In this document: positions 60,809-64,000 of the stretch, piece after piece
Layout of the letters: each line of letters begins with the position of its first letter
How positions within the stretch are numbered: the stretch's first letter is position 1
Origin: Candidatus Latescibacterota bacterium
GTDB taxonomy: Bacteria; Krumholzibacteriota; Krumholzibacteriia; WVZY01; JAKEHA01
Direction: 5' to 3'
NCBI GenBank assembly: GCA_963707635.1
Contig: OY970173.1
Location: forward strand, 32,001 to 96,000
DNA length: 64,000 nt
The notes under the pieces: generated by a model
Database searches by the model: none
Told to the model about the DNA's origin: nothing
Seen by the model: only the letters and a program-made list of their open reading frames with translations
Position numbers and translations under genes: made by a program

Positions 60809-62560
60809 CTATGCGGCCGCTGCCGTCACCTTGGCGCGCAACCAGCCTTCTCTTTCCATCCGCTCGGCCACGTGCAGCACGAAGTTCGCCGCCTTGCCGA
60901 TCACGTCGTCGCGCTTGGGGACCACGTAGAGCGCTTTCTTCATCTCCGGGTGCTCGTCGACGTAGGCCTTGAGCTCCTCGAGGGTGCGGCCGGTTCTTGC
61001 CACGCACTCCGCGAATTCCTGCTTGGCCTTGATGCGCGCGTTGCCGAGCGCCATCTGCACGCGCGAGTGCGCGTTGATCTCGCCTTCGCCGGAGGTCTCG
61101 ATCGGGAGGTAGATCATGTCCTTGTAGTGCTCGGTCACCGCCGCCTGCGCGCCGTCCGACTGCGTGCTCGGCATGCACCCGAAGGGCTTGAGGGAAAGCA
61201 CCATGTGTGCGATGCCCTTGTTCGAGTAGTAGATGTTCTTCGCCACCTCGAGGTGCCCCTCGCCGCCGCCGGCGCGCGAGTTGTAGTACGGGTGCCCCAT
61301 GCGCTGGAGCTCGTACTGGCACACCAGCTCGTGGAGGATCCCGCCACCGAGCGCTTCCTGAAGTTTCGTGTACTCGCGCTGGAAGATCTTCTCGGCGAGC
61401 GTCATGCGCGCGTAGCGTTTGCGGAAGCGCGCCTCGACCGCAAGGCGGCGGTGCGGCTCGCGCGTCCATGCGGGCATCTCCGCCTTGTCCTCGATGCCCT
61501 TGCGATCGCGGAGCTTCTGTTTGAACTGGTGGATCATGTACATGATCCAGGTACCGATCGGCTCGACGATCACCTCGGCGCCCTCGCGCTCGAGGAAGCG
61601 GAACATGTTGTAGTTGCCGTCGCCCTCGGTGGTCTGGGCCCAGAACTCGCCCGTGATCTTGACGATCGGCTTCACGCGGAAGCGGTCGACGTCGATGTCG
61701 GCCAGCTGGTCCCGCACCTTGTGGAGCGCATCGGTGTAGTACGAGCTGGTGAGCTGGCGCGTGAACTTGACGGCGTAGTCGGCCTGGCTGTAGAGCCCGG
61801 CGCGGCGGAGGATCTTCTCCACGCCGTCGCCCACCCGTGCCTTTGGTTCTTTCTTGAGCGCCTCGGCCAGGTACTCGCGTCCCTCGTCGAGCACGTTGTT
61901 GGTACGGCCCTCCTCGGTCTCGAACGGCCGGATGAGGTAGCCGATTTCGTTGAGCATGTCGCCGATGTTCATCGAATTGAGCATGGCCAGGAAGAACTCC
62001 AGGTTCATCTCGAGGCCCGCGTTCACGTCCTCCTGCGAGAGACCCTTCGATTGCTGGAAGAGGATCACGCGGAAGTCCTCGAAGCCGGAGTTGCGCAGCG
62101 CCAGCCGGTACTCGGCCTCGTACATCCCGAAGCGGCACGGTCCGCACGCGCCCGCGGTAATGAACACGTAGTCGTTCGAAATCTGCTCGCGCGTGAGTCC
62201 CTTCGCCTCGAGGCCCTGGAGGTGTTGCACCAGATTCCCGACCGTGAAGTAGGTGGGATTGCACTGGCCGTTGTTGCCGTACTCCTTGCCGAGTTGAAAC
62301 GCTTTCACGTCGGGCGTGGCGACGACGTCGCACTTGTAGCCCAGCCCTTCCCACGCGCCCTTGATGAGACGCTCGTGGCTCCACGTGAGCCCGCCGAAGA
62401 GCACGGTCGTGTACGGTCGCTGGTCGCGCGTGAAGCCGCGTTCGACCGGGCGCTTGAAGTGCTGGATCGGCTTCTTGGTGCGGCTCGCGGCCGCCGATGC
62501 GGCGTGGTGTGACGGCGATGGGGCGGCGGGCTTCTGGAGCTGGGTCAGATCGGCGCTCAT
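60809..62560 (-). CDS. PlsR-like / 2-hydroxyacyl-CoA dehydratase D-component-family Fe-S protein
   Basis: GQCNPTYFTVG, AGACGPCRFGMY, ITGEFW...EGDGN, GGEGHL, LKPFGCMP; GGAGG RBS. Confidence 0.8.
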   Translation of the reverse strand: MSADLTQLQKPAAPSPSHHAASAAASRTKKPIQHFKRPVERGFTRDQRPYTTVLFGGLTWSHERLIKGAWEGLGYKCDVVATPDVKAFQLGKEYGNNGQCNPTYFTVGNLVQHLQGLEAKGLTREQISNDYVFITAGACGPCRFGMYEAEYRLALRNSGFEDFRVILFQQSKGLSQEDVNAGLEMNLEFFLAMLNSMNIGDMLNEIGYLIRPFETEEGRTNNVLDEGREYLAEALKKEPKARVGDGVEKILRRAGLYSQADYAVKFTRQLTSSYYTDALHKVRDQLADIDVDRFRVKPIVKITGEFWAQTTEGDGNYNMFRFLEREGAEVIVEPIGTWIMYMIHQFKQKLRDRKGIEDKAEMPAWTREPHRRLAVEARFRKRYARMTLAEKIFQREYTKLQEALGGGILHELVCQYELQRMGHPYYNSRAGGGEGHLEVAKNIYYSNKGIAHMVLSLKPFGCMPSTQSDGAQAAVTEHYKDMIYLPIETSGEGEINAHSRVQMALGNARIKAKQEFAECVARTGRTLEELKAYVDEHPEMKKALYVVPKRDDVIGKAANFVLHVAERMEREGWLRAKVTAAAA

Positions 62561-62626
62561 GACGACCTCCTGATCGCGGGGTGAATCCGGCGTCAGTATT
62601 ACCAATCGACCGGCGCGCTGCAATCA

Positions 62627-62651
62627 AATAGTGGACGGGGCTTCCACTATT
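62627..62651. promoter_or_regulatory. 25-bp palindromic operator candidate, copy 2
   Basis: AATAGTGGACG-GGG-CTTCCACTATT, 3 nt upstream of a minus-strand TTGCAG-N17-AATACT promoter. Confidence 0.65.
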
Positions 62652-63759
62652 GCGGGCCACCATATGATTGACCGGCGAGATGCATGTGGGACAACGAAAT
62701 GCGGCCCACCGAGGTCATGAGCAGGCTGCCGATGAAGAGATCGGACCCGACCTGGTTCACGCTGGTAGCCGCTCCATATGTCCCGGCCGCACCGTGAAAG
62801 CAGGCGCGCACGCTACCGGTGGTGTCCACCGCGATCACGCCCCAGTCGGAGGGACCGCCGTGGATCCAGGGCGACGGGTGAGGGATCTTTGCGCGCGGGA
62901 TGCGCGTCAACGCCTGCCGGAATCGTGGCCGCGACGCGTGCCGTTCGAAGTCCGCGTCGCGATTTCCTACCAGGGCGACCCAGAAGAGTCCGGCGCCGTT
63001 ATACGAGAGGTTGTCGACACACCCGGGCAGCCCGCTCAAGAATATTTCCCGCTCACCGGCGCGCGGACCAGTAATCCAGAGTCGCGTAATCCGGGCGGCG
63101 ATGGTTTCACACACCAGCACGTAGCGCTCTCCAGGCCCAAGCGCGACGCCGTTGGGATAGTGGAGCGAATCGGCGCGCACCACGGTTTCGCCGCTCGCCG
63201 GATCGAAGGTGAGCAGCCGCCCGGTGGCGCGTCCCTCCCAGAAATCCATGTGCATGTCGTCCGGGTAGCGCGTCGTCACATCTGAAAACCAGATCGTCCC
63301 GTCGGCGGCGATGTCGAGATCGTCGGCGAACCAGATCGGCTTCCTGTCGGCGACATCGGTCAGCACCGAGACTTCCCCCGCGAGGGTCACGCGCAAGAGT
63401 CCGCGTTTCGGGTCGGCGACGATCAGATCGCCGCCGGCATCGAAGCCGAGCCCCAGGGGCCGGCCGTCGGTTTGCGCGACGTCCTCAAGCCCGCCGCCGT
63501 CCGGCCGAAACCGGACGATGCGCCCGTCCTGAAGGCCCGTGTACAGAAACCCGTCGGGACCGAGCGCGACATCTTCCGGGCCGTGCCCCGTGTCTATCCG
63601 GTGCAAATCTTCGACGTGCAATTCGCCGGCGTATACACCCGTCCACCCGGGATTCGGAGCGGGGGTCCACGCCACGGGCTGCACCCACGTGGGCCAGAAC
63701 GCGAGGTACGCCCAGATCGCCACGACGAATCCGAACAGAGCCGCCACCCACGGTCGCAT
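62647..63759 (-). CDS. Strictosidine synthase / SMP-30-gluconolactonase family beta-propeller with N-terminal TM
   Basis: GPEDV, GRPLGL, FADDLDI, TGRLL.FDP, YPNGVAL, LPGCVDNL. Confidence 0.9.
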   Translation of the reverse strand: MRPWVAALFGFVVAIWAYLAFWPTWVQPVAWTPAPNPGWTGVYAGELHVEDLHRIDTGHGPEDVALGPDGFLYTGLQDGRIVRFRPDGGGLEDVAQTDGRPLGLGFDAGGDLIVADPKRGLLRVTLAGEVSVLTDVADRKPIWFADDLDIAADGTIWFSDVTTRYPDDMHMDFWEGRATGRLLTFDPASGETVVRADSLHYPNGVALGPGERYVLVCETIAARITRLWITGPRAGEREIFLSGLPGCVDNLSYNGAGLFWVALVGNRDADFERHASRPRFRQALTRIPRAKIPHPSPWIHGGPSDWGVIAVDTTGSVRACFHGAAGTYGAATSVNQVGSDLFIGSLLMTSVGRISLSHMHLAGQSYGGPQ

Positions 63760-63763
63760 GTTG

Positions 63764-64000
63764 CTAGGCTCGCACCTTCGAGTACACGATCTGGTCGATC
63801 AGCTTCCGGTCCTTCATCGCCGCCTTGCGCAGCACGCCCTCCCGCTCGAACCCGCACTTCTCGAGCACCCGCATCGACGCCGCGTTCCACTCGAAGACTT
63901 CCGCGTAGACTCTCGCCATGCCGAGCGTGGTGAACGCGTACTCGGTCACCGCCGCGAGCGCTTCGGTGGCGATCCCGCGCCCCCAGAATTCTTCGCCCAG
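63764..64000 (-). CDS. RimJ/RimL-family GNAT acetyltransferase (5' end outside the window)
   Basis: FWGRGIATEAL...VFEWNAASMRVLEKCGFEREGVLRK. Confidence 0.88.
   Translation of the reverse strand: MGEEFWGRGIATEALAAVTEYAFTTLGMARVYAEVFEWNAASMRVLEKCGFEREGVLRKAAMKDRKLIDQIVYSKVRA

Overview
High-GC (roughly two-thirds G+C by eye) bacterial chromosomal segment. Six genes end in an 'NYPNPF...SGVYFYR...KMV' FlgD-Ig/T9SS-like C-terminal domain (CTD), pointing to an FCB-associated candidate phylum such as Krumholzibacteriota, Eisenbacteria or Latescibacterota (inference). Four blocks: (1) a phosphate-starvation island (pstSCAB, phoBR, phoU, a six-gene TonB2-like energiser operon, a divergent TonB-dependent receptor plus a secreted beta-helix protein, and a porin), tied together by an 11-bp-period Pho-box-like repeat at six promoters; (2) an anaerobic benzoyl-CoA operon (had-oah-dch-bcrCBAD-SDR-GNAT-Rrf2); (3) a PlsA/Ger-like and a PlsR-like gene 21 kb apart that share a 25-bp palindrome; (4) between them, an accessory region with a membrane-anchored TPR-CHAT protease, ECF sigma and ZAS anti-sigma trio, flanked by five CTD-tagged secreted proteins, four of them built on an 8-repeat propeller-like domain with variable loops. 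The motif CGTGT-N18/19-CGTCYWAT precedes the sigma gene and both secreted-protein units; this regulon is the best candidate for an undescribed system. About 19 single-base frameshifts, almost all +1 insertions, are probably sequencing errors.
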